DNA from: Staphylococcus phage SAC | Sequence record: OR234014.1 | DNA length: 64,000 nucleotides | Direction: 5' to 3' (one strand) | Shown: positions 7,569-17,012 of the stretch, piece after piece | Position numbering within the stretch: position 1 is the stretch's first letter | Layout of the letters: the number at the start of each line of letters is the position of its first letter | Notes under the pieces: generated by a model | Told to the model about the DNA's origin: nothing | The model's database searches: none | Seen by the model: only the letters and a program-made list of their open reading frames with translations | Made by a program: the position numbers and the translations under genes

Positions 7569-7877
7569 TTATAATAAATTAGTGATTAACCTAACTGTTT
7601 CTAAGGTAATAGGGTTGCTTTTACTGTCTACATAAGACAGTTCACTATCGAAACCAGAACCACTTAAATAGATTTGATTACGTTCCACATTAAATACAAT
7701 TAATTTAGTAGGGTCTACTTTACTAAACACTACTACATATTCCTTGCCATTGGCTAAAGGAAGAATAGCTCCGCCTGTTATTTTTTGAATTTTTTTGATT
7801 ACAACAGAATCGTCTTCCATCATAGTTTCTTCTTTGTTCATACCTTCTTGTACTATTTTTCTTTTTATTGTTTTCAT
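7569..7877 (-). CDS. hypothetical protein
   Basis: 102-aa ORF. Confidence 0.5.
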   Translation of the reverse strand: MKTIKRKIVQEGMNKEETMMEDDSVVIKKIQKITGGAILPLANGKEYVVVFSKVDPTKLIVFNVERNQIYLSGSGFDSELSYVDSKSNPITLETVRLITNLL

Positions 7878-7879
7878 TG

Positions 7880-8089
7880 TTATTTCCCCTTATCCATAAA
7901 TACAGTAACTATAATGTTTTGTAAACACTTAATAATCTTATCTCTTTGAGTGTCAGATACTTCATACAAGTCTTCTGTATTATCTAAGAAGCGGTTAAAT
8001 TCATCTTGATTAGTAAAATCTACACCTTTATTAGTCTCATCTAAAAATTTCTCAATAACTCTTTCTGCTATTTTTTTATTACTACTCAT
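7880..8089 (-). CDS. hypothetical protein
   Basis: 69-aa ORF, tightly packed with its neighbours. Confidence 0.45.
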   Translation of the reverse strand: MSSNKKIAERVIEKFLDETNKGVDFTNQDEFNRFLDNTEDLYEVSDTQRDKIIKCLQNIIVTVFMDKGK

Positions 8090-8103
8090 TATCTATTCTC
8101 CTT

Positions 8104-8406
8104 TTATTTTTTAGTAACTGTATAATACTCGTCATTAGTAAGTTTACTAATATCTATATCTTCTTCAGAAAAATATAGATTTTTATCATCTTTACTTAAT
8201 TGTTTTAATACACTATCAATGTATATAGGTAATACCTTCCCATCATTAAAAACCACATCAATACTATCTTTTAAGTATATATGATTCTCATCTATGATTG
8301 TATAAATATTATAATCTTCTAATACCTTACTCCCAATTAACGCTACTTTTCCGTTACTCATATTAAGAACTCCTTTTATATAATATTTGAAGTGGTTATA
8401 CTTCAT
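8104..8406 (-). CDS. hypothetical protein
   Basis: 100-aa ORF. Confidence 0.5.
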   Translation of the reverse strand: MKYNHFKYYIKGVLNMSNGKVALIGSKVLEDYNIYTIIDENHIYLKDSIDVVFNDGKVLPIYIDSVLKQLSKDDKNLYFSEEDIDISKLTNDEYYTVTKK

Positions 8407-9133
8407 TCATAGGATATTCCAGATAATACTTAATTGTTTGTAAAGGTTTATGTACATTAGTGCCATAACCATAGGAATAAATTCCATAAGTATCAGAGTA
8501 AAATTTCTTTATATCAATTAACTCAACTTCTCTATATACTACAACATTATATGGAGATACTACAAACTCATAATCTCCTCCCATAAAAGTATTATATAGT
8601 ACTTGTTTTAACTCAAGACCACTAGTGACTATATCCTTATAGAAGAAGTTGAGATAGTTATCTACTGTATTAAGAAAGTCTTTTACACCTGTATACTCTT
8701 TATAAATATTAATCCAACCTAATTCTAATTCATAATATAGGTTACCCTCTTCATCAAAACTTAGTTTAAGTTTAACCGTATCAATATCTTTACGATGTAT
8801 ATTAAAAGATTGCTCTAAGAAACCTACATCCCAAATATGCTTAACTCCATTAAAATTCTTTAAACCTTTGATACTTAACTGAGCAATAGCTTTGGACATT
8901 AACTTTTCTTCTTTGGTATTTAACTTATGTCTTGATAAGTATTCATAACCATTAAAGTCATATACATATTGGTTATCATCTTTACCTACGCTAATTGACT
9001 TTAAATATTTTTTATTAGTTTCTACATAGTATAAAACACCACCAAGACCAAATAATCCTAAAAAACCACCAATATAATCAACAGAGTAACCTTGTTTCTT
9101 ATACTCTTTAATTTCTTTTCTCTTACTAAACAC
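8396..9133 (-). CDS. hypothetical protein
   Basis: 245-aa ORF. Confidence 0.55.
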   Translation of the reverse strand: MFSKRKEIKEYKKQGYSVDYIGGFLGLFGLGGVLYYVETNKKYLKSISVGKDDNQYVYDFNGYEYLSRHKLNTKEEKLMSKAIAQLSIKGLKNFNGVKHIWDVGFLEQSFNIHRKDIDTVKLKLSFDEEGNLYYELELGWINIYKEYTGVKDFLNTVDNYLNFFYKDIVTSGLELKQVLYNTFMGGDYEFVVSPYNVVVYREVELIDIKKFYSDTYGIYSYGYGTNVHKPLQTIKYYLEYPMNEV

Positions 9134-9152
9134 TATAGCACTCCCTTATACA

Positions 9153-9512
9153 TTATTCTACTTGCTCTTCCATAGATTGAATTGTATGTAGTACCATAGT
9201 AGCTAAATCTCTAATTATCTCAAGTTCATCACTATCTTCATATACATTAGTTAAAGTATCACAGAAAGAGCATGAACCGTAAAAATCACTAACAGTGATA
9301 TCTGGAACACCCTCTACCTTTGATTTAAATTTAGATATAATAGTACCTGAGTAACCATCACCATCATTAATAACAATAGGGTTTGTGTCATGTGTATCTT
9401 TCAACACTAACTCCCCTGCTAACTTGTGTAAGTCTTCATAGAAATAATGCTCATGTTCATCAATAAATTCCATAATATAATCTGTAGTTATACCTTTAGC
9501 TTGTTCTAACAT
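9153..9512 (-). CDS. hypothetical acidic protein
   Basis: 119-aa ORF. RBS AGGAGGA. Confidence 0.5.
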   Translation of the reverse strand: MLEQAKGITTDYIMEFIDEHEHYFYEDLHKLAGELVLKDTHDTNPIVINDGDGYSGTIISKFKSKVEGVPDITVSDFYGSCSFCDTLTNVYEDSDELEIIRDLATMVLHTIQSMEEQVE

Positions 9513-9537
9513 TATATTTTCCTCCTTATTTTTACAA

Positions 9538-9939
9538 TTATTTTAAATTATCTATCGTACTCTTAATCAAATATCCTTCTGGATTAAAAATCTCTTGAAT
9601 AGCAATAGGCAAGCCTATTAATAGCACTAAAAAAGAAATAATAGACAGAGTAACAGCAAATATAATTACTGTGCATCCTGCAGCAGAAAGCTCTTTTTCA
9701 TTCTTATAAACAAACTCAAATAATAGGGTACTATGACCTTCATTAGACTTTTTATCTGACTTATACAAAGCCACCCATAAGATAGCTGTTATAGATAATA
9801 ATATACTTATTGAACATAAATCTATAATACCTTGAGTAACTGTGTATTTAATTAAGGATTCATAACCATGTGTACCTGCTTGCTCTAACTTACCACCTAA
9901 ACTATCTAAACGTTCTAATACTTCTTTATTCATATCCAT
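9538..9939 (-). CDS. membrane protein (2 predicted TM helices)
   Basis: Two hydrophobic segments: ILLSITAILWVALY and TVIIFAVTLSIISFLVLLIGLPIAI. Confidence 0.5.
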   Translation of the reverse strand: MDMNKEVLERLDSLGGKLEQAGTHGYESLIKYTVTQGIIDLCSISILLSITAILWVALYKSDKKSNEGHSTLLFEFVYKNEKELSAAGCTVIIFAVTLSIISFLVLLIGLPIAIQEIFNPEGYLIKSTIDNLK

Positions 9940-9964
9940 ATTATATTCACTCCTTTAATCTTTA

Positions 9965-10003
9965 TATACTAAGTATAAACCTTAACACACATAAAATCAA
10001 CAC
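9965..10003 (-). promoter_or_regulatory. class-2 promoter with TATACT-N-AGTATA palindrome
   Basis: Minus-strand TGTTGA...TTATACTTAGTATA...AAAGGAG. Same architecture at 13113, 15481, 16933 and 22090. Confidence 0.45.
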
Positions 10004-10089
10004 ATTTATGTAAGAGATATAAAAAAATACCTATAGTTATAATAGCTATAGGTATAAATTTTCATATAGAAGCGGTTATATATAATACT

Positions 10090-10398
10090 CTACTTACCTA
10101 GGAACGTACGAATTTCCTTTAGACGCTCTTTTTCTTTTCTGCACTTTTCATCTAAAGATTCCTCATAGTAATCAATAAGACTATAGATACTACTGAATCC
10201 TTTAGGTAGTAATGTGTCACTGTTAATAACCTCTTTTACTACTCTACCATTTTTGATAAACTTCATGTTATTATAATGTTTATCATCATTAACTTTAATA
10301 CAGTAACCTTCACCTAAGTCATAAGTATACCAATCCCCACTACCAAAGTTACAATGACCTAATATATACTCAAATAATTCACTTACCATAATATCCAT
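10090..10398 (-). CDS. hypothetical protein
   Basis: 102-aa ORF, ATGA-coupled to the upstream gene. Confidence 0.5.
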   Translation of the reverse strand: MDIMVSELFEYILGHCNFGSGDWYTYDLGEGYCIKVNDDKHYNNMKFIKNGRVVKEVINSDTLLPKGFSSIYSLIDYYEESLDEKCRKEKERLKEIRTFLGK

Positions 10399-10745
10399 TA
10401 TTCTAACCTCCCATACTCATACATAACTTTATTTTCATATTCTGTATATAAATACCCTAGTAATATATAGATATTAGTATACAAACCTTCTAGCTCCTCT
10501 AAGTCTTTAATTGTTCCCACCTCAAGCGTATCACTCAAAGGAAATACTATATTATCCGCTTCCTCAAACCTAGCAATGATATGGTTGTCTTTATATACAA
10601 GAATATAAATAAGGCTATTACCTACTCTACACCTTACTTTATAACCCCTACCTAAGTACACCTCATAATCTGTAATATTCTCCATTATGCCAGTAACTTC
10701 TCCATACTTCCTACAAAACTTAGCTAATTTTGACATAGTAACCAA
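10398..10745 (-). CDS. hypothetical protein
   Basis: 115-aa ORF. Confidence 0.5.
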   Translation of the reverse strand: MVTMSKLAKFCRKYGEVTGIMENITDYEVYLGRGYKVRCRVGNSLIYILVYKDNHIIARFEEADNIVFPLSDTLEVGTIKDLEELEGLYTNIYILLGYLYTEYENKVMYEYGRLE

Positions 10746-10870
10746 CTCCTTTTTTACCTTTTAAACTTTTCTTCTAGGGAAAACCTATCTAATTTTACCT
10801 AAATGTCAACCATAGAATGCGGGTTCAAGCCCTATTTTTACCTTTGACTACTTTTTCCTAGAGAAAAACT

Positions 10871-11209
10871 TTAGTTATACTGTTCTACTTGTTCTCCAAA
10901 TATATTATACATATATTTTTGATAAGCACTATCTTTTAAATACTTATCATACTCATCTACTAGTATCTTATACATATTACTAACTACATCTTTCAATAAG
11001 GAAACATACACCTTACCTGTACCTTGTACTACTACTTCATACTCACTCATATCATCATATACCATAATAGCACAACCAAAATAAGTATCTTCCAGAAAGA
11101 ACCTATAAATATACTTATCATCACTTGTTCTTATACAATTTGTATACTTAAACTCACCTATACCTGATTTATTATGTAACACTCTATCTAGTATATCTAA
11201 TTCTTCCAT
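10871..11209 (-). CDS. hypothetical protein
   Basis: 112-aa ORF. Confidence 0.5.
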   Translation of the reverse strand: MEELDILDRVLHNKSGIGEFKYTNCIRTSDDKYIYRFFLEDTYFGCAIMVYDDMSEYEVVVQGTGKVYVSLLKDVVSNMYKILVDEYDKYLKDSAYQKYMYNIFGEQVEQYN

Positions 11210-11414
11210 AATAAGCCCCTTTCTATTGTGTTAATAAAACACCTACTCCATATATAAACATAATCAATATAAGTATAGTTAAAAACACTGCTAACTTAAA
11301 TCTATTACTATTACCTTCTTTACTATATACTCTATAACATATATCTATATCTATAACTAAATACATTAATGATAAACTTACTACAAAGTAACCTATACTA
11401 ATACCCTCTTTCTA

Positions 11415-11615
11415 TTACATACCTAACATATGTAGTATTATAGAAGCAAAAACTAAAACAGTTAAAACAAAAGAAACAATAAGATATATACTAAAAAACA
11501 CTTCTTTCTGCTTAATAGATTTAACTATATCAGTAATTAAAGCACTAAGCATACCAACTATAATACTAATACCTAAAATACTAACCGCAATATACATTAA
11601 AGTTGAACTTATCAT
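11415..11615 (-). CDS. small membrane protein (2 TM)
   Basis: 66 aa, almost entirely hydrophobic. Confidence 0.45.
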   Translation of the reverse strand: MISSTLMYIAVSILGISIIVGMLSALITDIVKSIKQKEVFFSIYLIVSFVLTVLVFASIILHMLGM

Positions 11616-11855
11616 CTACAACTCTCCTATATAATAAAGTACTCTACTTACTATGTAACCTAAACTCAAAACAATAGAAATAGTACCAATACAAATACTC
11701 ATAAATAATAAACCAAACACACAAGCTGATTCTAAATCACTAACACTATCATAATTATCAAGTACATGCTTATAATACTTCTTACCAAACCTTATACTTA
11801 GTACAATACCAATAGTAGCTAAAAATATAGCAACGATACTTATAAATATACTCAT
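11616..11855 (-). CDS. small membrane protein (2 TM)
   Basis: 79 aa, hydrophobic. Confidence 0.45.
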   Translation of the reverse strand: MSIFISIVAIFLATIGIVLSIRFGKKYYKHVLDNYDSVSDLESACVFGLLFMSICIGTISIVLSLGYIVSRVLYYIGEL

Positions 11856-11920
11856 AAACTAATCCCCCTTTTTATTGAAGCGGTTTTTATTTCCATTACT
11901 TACCTTACAAAAACCGCTTC

Positions 11921-12106
11921 CTAAATACCAAATAAAGCTAATATACTTGATACCAGTACAACCGTCATAACTGTAAATGATACGATATTAGTCCACTTAT
12001 CAAACCTATCATACTTAATTGACTGAACCATTTCTACTAGAATAAAGGTATACATAAACAAAACCATTACAGCTACTATTGTAAGTAACATTGTTAGTCC
12101 TATCAT
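11921..12106 (-). CDS. small membrane protein (2 TM)
   Basis: 61 aa, hydrophobic. Confidence 0.4.
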   Translation of the reverse strand: MIGLTMLLTIVAVMVLFMYTFILVEMVQSIKYDRFDKWTNIVSFTVMTVVLVSSILALFGI

Positions 12107-12108
12107 AT

Positions 12109-12303
12109 CTATCTCTCCTTCCTATCAGACATATGATGTAATACAGAGAGTATAAAAGCAAGTACAAAAGCAAGTACAAAAGGAATTAAACATGTAATAG
12201 GAATTACCTCTTCCCCTATGATTAAATTCCCTACCCACATACCTAAAATTACTCCTGCTAAACAAAATATATAACGTAAAATAAACTCCAATGCTTTACT
12301 CAA
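12109..12303 (-). CDS. small membrane protein (2 TM)
   Basis: 64 aa, hydrophobic. Adjacent to three similar genes. Confidence 0.4.
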   Translation of the reverse strand: MSKALEFILRYIFCLAGVILGMWVGNLIIGEEVIPITCLIPFVLAFVLAFILSVLHHMSDRKER

Positions 12304-12350
12304 CTTACTTCCTCCTTTATAATTATTCTCAAGTATAACTTAACAAAATA

Positions 12351-12560
12351 CTACTTTAATAACCTTTGTTTAAAGAATCTTACTACGTCTTCACCATAAC
12401 ATACAGATAAAAATACATTATCCCCTGTAACCCTAAAACCACTATCTATACATCTATTTTCGATGTAGTAGTCATTAACTTTTAATGTACTCATGTCCCC
12501 TAAAACTTCTATTTTATATCCTAACTGATTTAAATGTACATAAATATCTGATAAACTCAT
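12351..12560 (-). CDS. hypothetical protein
   Basis: 69-aa ORF. Confidence 0.4.
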   Translation of the reverse strand: MSLSDIYVHLNQLGYKIEVLGDMSTLKVNDYYIENRCIDSGFRVTGDNVFLSVCYGEDVVRFFKQRLLK

Positions 12561-12685
12561 AATACAACTCCTCGTTACTAAGTCTTTATTGAAGCGGTTA
12601 TTTAACCCCTCTATATACTAGTACTACACATAATAATACAAGTGCTGTACATATGTAAGTATACTGAATATTACTATATACCAAA

Positions 12686-13087
12686 TCACAATACGTTACC
12701 ATCTTTCCATATAGTAACTAACTCATTATCTACAACAGTACTAACAGACAATAACCATGTATTTTTACCTTCGACATAGTAGTCAATAACTTCATTAATA
12801 CTACTTCTATACCATACTGAGTTTAATACACTGTTACCTTGCTTATAAGTAACTACTATACTACTTAACTCAGTAGAAGCATCTATAACCGCTTCTACAA
12901 TAAACTTAGTGTCATTAGGTATAGTAATAGATTTATTAGGATACAATGCATTATAAAACGATATATCATCAACAGTTATAACAACAATAAACTGACTATC
13001 AGTAGAATAGTGTCGACCTTTTTTTATATCACCTTTATAATACATATACATTAATTCTATAAACGAAACTTCTCTTTTAATCTTCAT
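12686..13087 (-). CDS. hypothetical protein
   Basis: 133-aa ORF. RBS AAAGGAG. Class-2 promoter upstream. Confidence 0.5.
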   Translation of the reverse strand: MKIKREVSFIELMYMYYKGDIKKGRHYSTDSQFIVVITVDDISFYNALYPNKSITIPNDTKFIVEAVIDASTELSSIVVTYKQGNSVLNSVWYRSSINEVIDYYVEGKNTWLLSVSTVVDNELVTIWKDGNVL

Positions 13088-13112
13088 AATAAATCATCTC
13101 CTTTAACTTTAT

Positions 13113-13149
13113 ATACTTAGTATAAACCATAAGTAATATACTGTCAACA
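13113..13149 (-). promoter_or_regulatory. class-2 promoter (TTGACA-17-TATACT with palindrome)
   Basis: Minus-strand 'gTTGACAgtatattacttatggttTATACTaAGTATAtaaagttaaaggag'. Confidence 0.55.
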
Positions 13150-14119
13150 CATATGTGTAAAATAGTTAAAATTTCTTTATTGTTCGGAAATTACTAAATA
13201 TATTAAACTTTTACTCTAGGGAAAATTAAGTCAATACTACCACAGAAACAAACTATATATATATATTAAATAAGCAATGTTCAGAATTATAGTATACCAT
13301 ATACACAATATCTGATACTAAATATACCTTTATACACAGTAAATACTACTTCAGCTTAGTTTAACTACACATTAGAATAGTTTAGCATATAATCAGCATA
13401 GTTTAATACTACATAAGCATAGTTCACAGTAGTTAAAACTATATAAAAATAAATAGTTAGATGTCTAATAGTTAGATACCTAACTATTTATACACTATGA
13501 AGGTGGGAAGCAAAGAAATTCCTAGGTAACTGTTCTTACTTGCTACTTGCTACTTAGTATATAGGTATACCATGTACCTGTTTTCTTTTAATTACTTACT
13601 AGCTATTACTTAGTATCTACTTATTTATCTATCTAGAAGATGTAAAGAAATTACTAGGTAACTGTTCTTACCTAACCTAAGTGATAGTGGTAGCTACTTT
13701 CTTTTAGCTACTTTCTTTTAGTTACTTACCTATTACTTAATATCTATTACTTACTATTAGAATATTTATTAATACTTAAGTTACTTAATAATTCTTTCTT
13801 CTTATTATTCATATCTTCAAACTGTTATACAGTATTTATTTACTTATTTATTTACTTATCTATTTAGCTATTACTTATACACTACCTACTACCTACTGCT
13901 TATCTATGTGCTATCAATTATTGTTTTTTTATCTATTATTTATTTCCTTGATATATAGGTACTTATAATATCAGTTGTTTCTTTATGTGTTACTTATCTG
14001 ATTTCTTTATCTACTTATATATATTGCTTTCTTTTACCTATTACTTACTTATATAACTTCTACCTACATCAATCTCTATACCTATTTGTTTGTCTGTTTG
14101 GTTGTTTACTCTTCTACAC
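13130..14119. repeat. 1-kb non-coding CT-rich (plus strand) low-complexity region with iteron-like repeats
   Basis: The plus strand is almost G-free. Degenerate TTACTTA / CTAC units. 28-nt direct repeat at 13512-13539 and 13644-13671 (27/28 identical). Tandem 'agctactttctttta' x2 at about 13693-13722. No ORFs. Confidence 0.6.
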
Positions 14120-15154
14120 TTACCTATATACATGTCTATATCTTTTAATTACTTCTTTACTATCTATATTAGAGTATTTAAATGTTCTTTGTAGGTTACT
14201 TAATATATGTTTAAAGGTAGATTTTCTAGCATCAATCTCTATATATTGTATACTATTTTCTTTACAATATTCTCTCTTTTCTATGTCTGATAATTTTGTT
14301 TTCTGGTGGTTCATGTATCCACTGACTTCTTGGTAATGTTGAACACCGTGTACTTCTATAACGGTATTATACTTAGGTAAGAAAAAATCAAATCTTTTTT
14401 TACCTAATTCTTTAAATTTATATTCTCTAATATACTCTATGTTTGCAATATCTAAATAACTTTGTGTTAATCTTTCTCCGAAGCTAGAGTATTGTTTAGA
14501 GCATTGACAGCTATAGTTATCTTTAATTAAATCTGTAATTCTAATATCTTTTTTTCTTTTACAATTAGGACAAATCGTTTCTATCTTTTTCTTAGTTGTA
14601 TACTTATATTTAAATAAGTCTTTATATTTAACATACTTATGAATATGTTTCTTATGGTATAACATCTTAGATTGAGGAATAGTACCATATGGTATATAGT
14701 TATCAGTTTTATATTTTAGTAAATTTTGTTTACTTACTTTACCATAGACTTCTTCCTTTATGTTATATACATAAAGTTGTGTACCTAAATGAGTGTCTAC
14801 TACTTTTAGTACTTCGCAATTTTTAATAATATCTCCTTGTTTTATATTATGAACAGTATAAGACTTCTGACCTTGGGTAATAAAGTTGAATTTAACCTTA
14901 TAGACATTAGCTACTTGGGTAGCTTGGGTTTTATTGTTGTAAGTTATTTCTACTCTAGATTCTTTTTTAGTTGGTGTAAGGTATTTAATATAGAGCTTAC
15001 CTTTCGTGCTATGATACTCAAAGGGTATATAATGGTTTACATTTACCCAATCAATACGAGACTTCTTTTTAGGTAAGGAAGATAAGTCTATATAGCTTAT
15101 AACACCTTGTTTTGTTTTTGAATAATATATGTCTTGTTCTTTCCAGTACTCCAT
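14120..15154 (-). CDS. putative free-standing endonuclease (DUF559 / Vsr-like PD-(D/E)xK with Zn-ribbon)
   Basis: 344 aa. 'CPNCKRKKD...CQCSKQ' Cys cluster. C-terminal 'RFDFFLPKYNTVIEVHGVQHY' resembles the DUF559 catalytic motif (fDF.lp...iEvdG..H). Confidence 0.4.
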   Translation of the reverse strand: MEYWKEQDIYYSKTKQGVISYIDLSSLPKKKSRIDWVNVNHYIPFEYHSTKGKLYIKYLTPTKKESRVEITYNNKTQATQVANVYKVKFNFITQGQKSYTVHNIKQGDIIKNCEVLKVVDTHLGTQLYVYNIKEEVYGKVSKQNLLKYKTDNYIPYGTIPQSKMLYHKKHIHKYVKYKDLFKYKYTTKKKIETICPNCKRKKDIRITDLIKDNYSCQCSKQYSSFGERLTQSYLDIANIEYIREYKFKELGKKRFDFFLPKYNTVIEVHGVQHYQEVSGYMNHQKTKLSDIEKREYCKENSIQYIEIDARKSTFKHILSNLQRTFKYSNIDSKEVIKRYRHVYR

Positions 15155-15175
15155 AATAAGTGCTCCTCTTACTCT

Positions 15176-15448
15176 TTATTGAACCTGTTCTCCTGTATCT
15201 TGATTAAACACTTTAGCATTTGGGTTATGTGTTTCACCTTCTTGATACTCTGTACCCCATAATCTTTTACGTTCTTCACTAACGTCTTTATGCTCTCCGT
15301 TATTCTCAGGTACGTATGAAGTATGGTCATCTGCATCATTATTTTGAGATTCTTGGTTACTTTGTTCTACTTGCTCTTGGTTTTTCAACACATTGATTAT
15401 TGTTAGTACAATTAATACGGATAAAACTAAACTTAATATTTTTTTCAT
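15176..15448 (-). CDS. small secreted or membrane-anchored acidic protein
   Basis: N-terminal signal-like peptide MKKILSLVLSVLIVLTIINVL, then an acidic, low-complexity region. Confidence 0.45.
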   Translation of the reverse strand: MKKILSLVLSVLIVLTIINVLKNQEQVEQSNQESQNNDADDHTSYVPENNGEHKDVSEERKRLWGTEYQEGETHNPNAKVFNQDTGEQVQ

Positions 15449-15480
15449 GATTAATGTCTCCTCTATAATTATTTAACTTA

Positions 15481-15518
15481 TATACTTATTATAAACCTTA
15501 CACTTATTCATGTCAACA
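15481..15518 (-). promoter_or_regulatory. class-2 promoter
   Basis: Minus-strand TTGACA (plus tgtcaaca 15511-15518) followed by TATAAT/AAGTATA (15481-15493). Confidence 0.45.
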
Positions 15519-15588
15519 CTTATATATGAAAAAAGTAGGATATTTTATCCTACTTATTACTTACTAAGAAATACTCATACTTAAATTA

Positions 15589-16320
15589 TTATAGCTGGTT
15601 TTTAAAGAACTGATAAGCTAGTACAATGTTGGTACGCTCTTTATTATCTCCTTCATTCATTTCTAATCCTTTTTTTAGAAATTCTTCTAAATTTCCTTCC
15701 CAACATCCTACAAATACTTTATTATATTTAGGTAGGTACGTTACTTTATTTTTAAAACTACCAATATTATCTATAGAATACATTTCTAAACCTCTAATAC
15801 CTTGAGTACTTGCCCAAGACAGCTCAGCACCTGTTAAATCAACATAGCTTAAGTTAACATCTAATAAATTAGCAGACCTTAAATCAGCGTTTGTTAAATT
15901 AATACCTGATAAGAAGGCACGCTTTAAGTCAGCCTCTATTAAAGTAGCATTTGTTAAATCACTATCTAATAAATCAACACCTGTTAAGTTAGCTTCTTCT
16001 AAAGAAGCATATCTTAAGCTAGAACTTAATATATCAGCATAGTTTAAATCCGCATATGCTAAGATAGCTTCTGTTAAATTAACTTCTATTAGTTTAGCAC
16101 AACTTAAATCAGCATGCCTTAAATCTGCTCCTGTTAAATCTACATAACTTAAATCAGCACCTATTAAGGTAGCTTCTCTTAAATCAACATCCTTTAAATC
16201 TAGGTCACGTAAGTCTGTAAAACTTAAATCTGCTCTTTTACCTTCTTCCTCATTGCTTTCTATCCATAATTTATGTTCTTCTAGAGCTTTATTTAATTCT
16301 TCTTTTGTTATTGTTTTCAT
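15589..16320 (-). CDS. pentapeptide-repeat protein PRP-1 with conserved C-terminal domain
   Basis: Tandem A(D/N)LxxA(D/N)L pentapeptides (ADLSYVDLTGADLRHADLSCAKL...). N-terminal 'MKTITKEELNKALEEHKLW' and the C-terminal region are shared with 20190..20846. Confidence 0.8.
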   Translation of the reverse strand: MKTITKEELNKALEEHKLWIESNEEEGKRADLSFTDLRDLDLKDVDLREATLIGADLSYVDLTGADLRHADLSCAKLIEVNLTEAILAYADLNYADILSSSLRYASLEEANLTGVDLLDSDLTNATLIEADLKRAFLSGINLTNADLRSANLLDVNLSYVDLTGAELSWASTQGIRGLEMYSIDNIGSFKNKVTYLPKYNKVFVGCWEGNLEEFLKKGLEMNEGDNKERTNIVLAYQFFKNQL

Positions 16321-16712
16321 TATTCTCCTCCTCTATTAAAATAATCATCATTTCTCCATACATTAATAAAGGTACCATCGATTAAGATACTGATAGTTAA
16401 TAATTCATCTCCGTATATTTCTATACAATCATTAATACTCACATTACCTGTGTTATCCATGAATAGTTCTTTTGCATGACTATTTAATAATACCCAGCAG
16501 TTTTCTAGTTTTGTGTCATTAGTAATTTCTTCTTCTACTATAAAACTAGCGTCCAAAGGTACTTGATATCCAATAGTCATACGGTTATTTTCTAACAGAA
16601 GGTAATAAGTATCTAAGCCATCGGATGTACCTGTGTAAGTACCTTCTTTTAAATAACCATTAAAGTATTTTTCTATTAATTCTTTACAAGTATATGTCTT
16701 TTGAATTATCAT
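16320..16712 (-). CDS. hypothetical protein
   Basis: 130 aa. ATGA-coupled to PRP-1 downstream. Confidence 0.5.
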   Translation of the reverse strand: MIIQKTYTCKELIEKYFNGYLKEGTYTGTSDGLDTYYLLLENNRMTIGYQVPLDASFIVEEEITNDTKLENCWVLLNSHAKELFMDNTGNVSINDCIEIYGDELLTISILIDGTFINVWRNDDYFNRGGE

Positions 16713-16909
16713 TATTCTCCCACCTTATAAAATTTATTTAGAATAAGATACAACTCTTTTAATGTCTCTCTTTTCTCTTTGTTTTCGATAGGTAAATCTA
16801 AAAAGTCTTTAATCATTCTATGTGCATTTACATATGATACATCATCAATATCTTTATTCAACACCCTGTTTGCTTCATTATATAATTGTTCTAATTGTTT
16901 ATTATTCAT
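16712..16909 (-). CDS. hypothetical protein
   Basis: 65 aa. First gene of the operon. RBS AAAGGAG. Confidence 0.45.
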   Translation of the reverse strand: MNNKQLEQLYNEANRVLNKDIDDVSYVNAHRMIKDFLDLPIENKEKRETLKELYLILNKFYKVGE

Positions 16910-16932
16910 TTTGTTTATCTCCTTTAACTTTG

Positions 16933-16970
16933 TATACTAAGTATAACCCACACTTATAACAATGTCAACA
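16933..16970 (-). promoter_or_regulatory. class-2 promoter (TTGACA-17-TATACT)
   Basis: Minus-strand 'GTGTTGACAttgttataagtgtgggTTATACTtAGTATAcaaagttaaaggag'. Confidence 0.55.
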
Positions 16971-17012
16971 CTTATTTATAAAAAAAGTAGGGAAATTCCC
17001 TACTTTCCACCT

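Noticed and set aside
10810-10835. 'gcgggttcaagccc' considered as the T-arm of a tRNA.
   Set aside because: The flanks cannot form an acceptor, D-arm or anticodon arm. No other tRNA-like segments were found in the non-coding regions (5362-5943, 6352-7160, 13088-14119, 26182-26553).
11878-11917. Long hairpin 'gaagcggttttt...aaaaaccgcttc' considered as a terminator.
   Set aside because: No U-tract follows the stem on either strand. Kept only as part of the GAAGCGGTT motif observation.
13130-14119. Degenerate repeats considered as a CRISPR array or tandem satellite.
   Set aside because: The units are short, imperfect and irregularly spaced, which is low-complexity rather than a repeat-spacer architecture.
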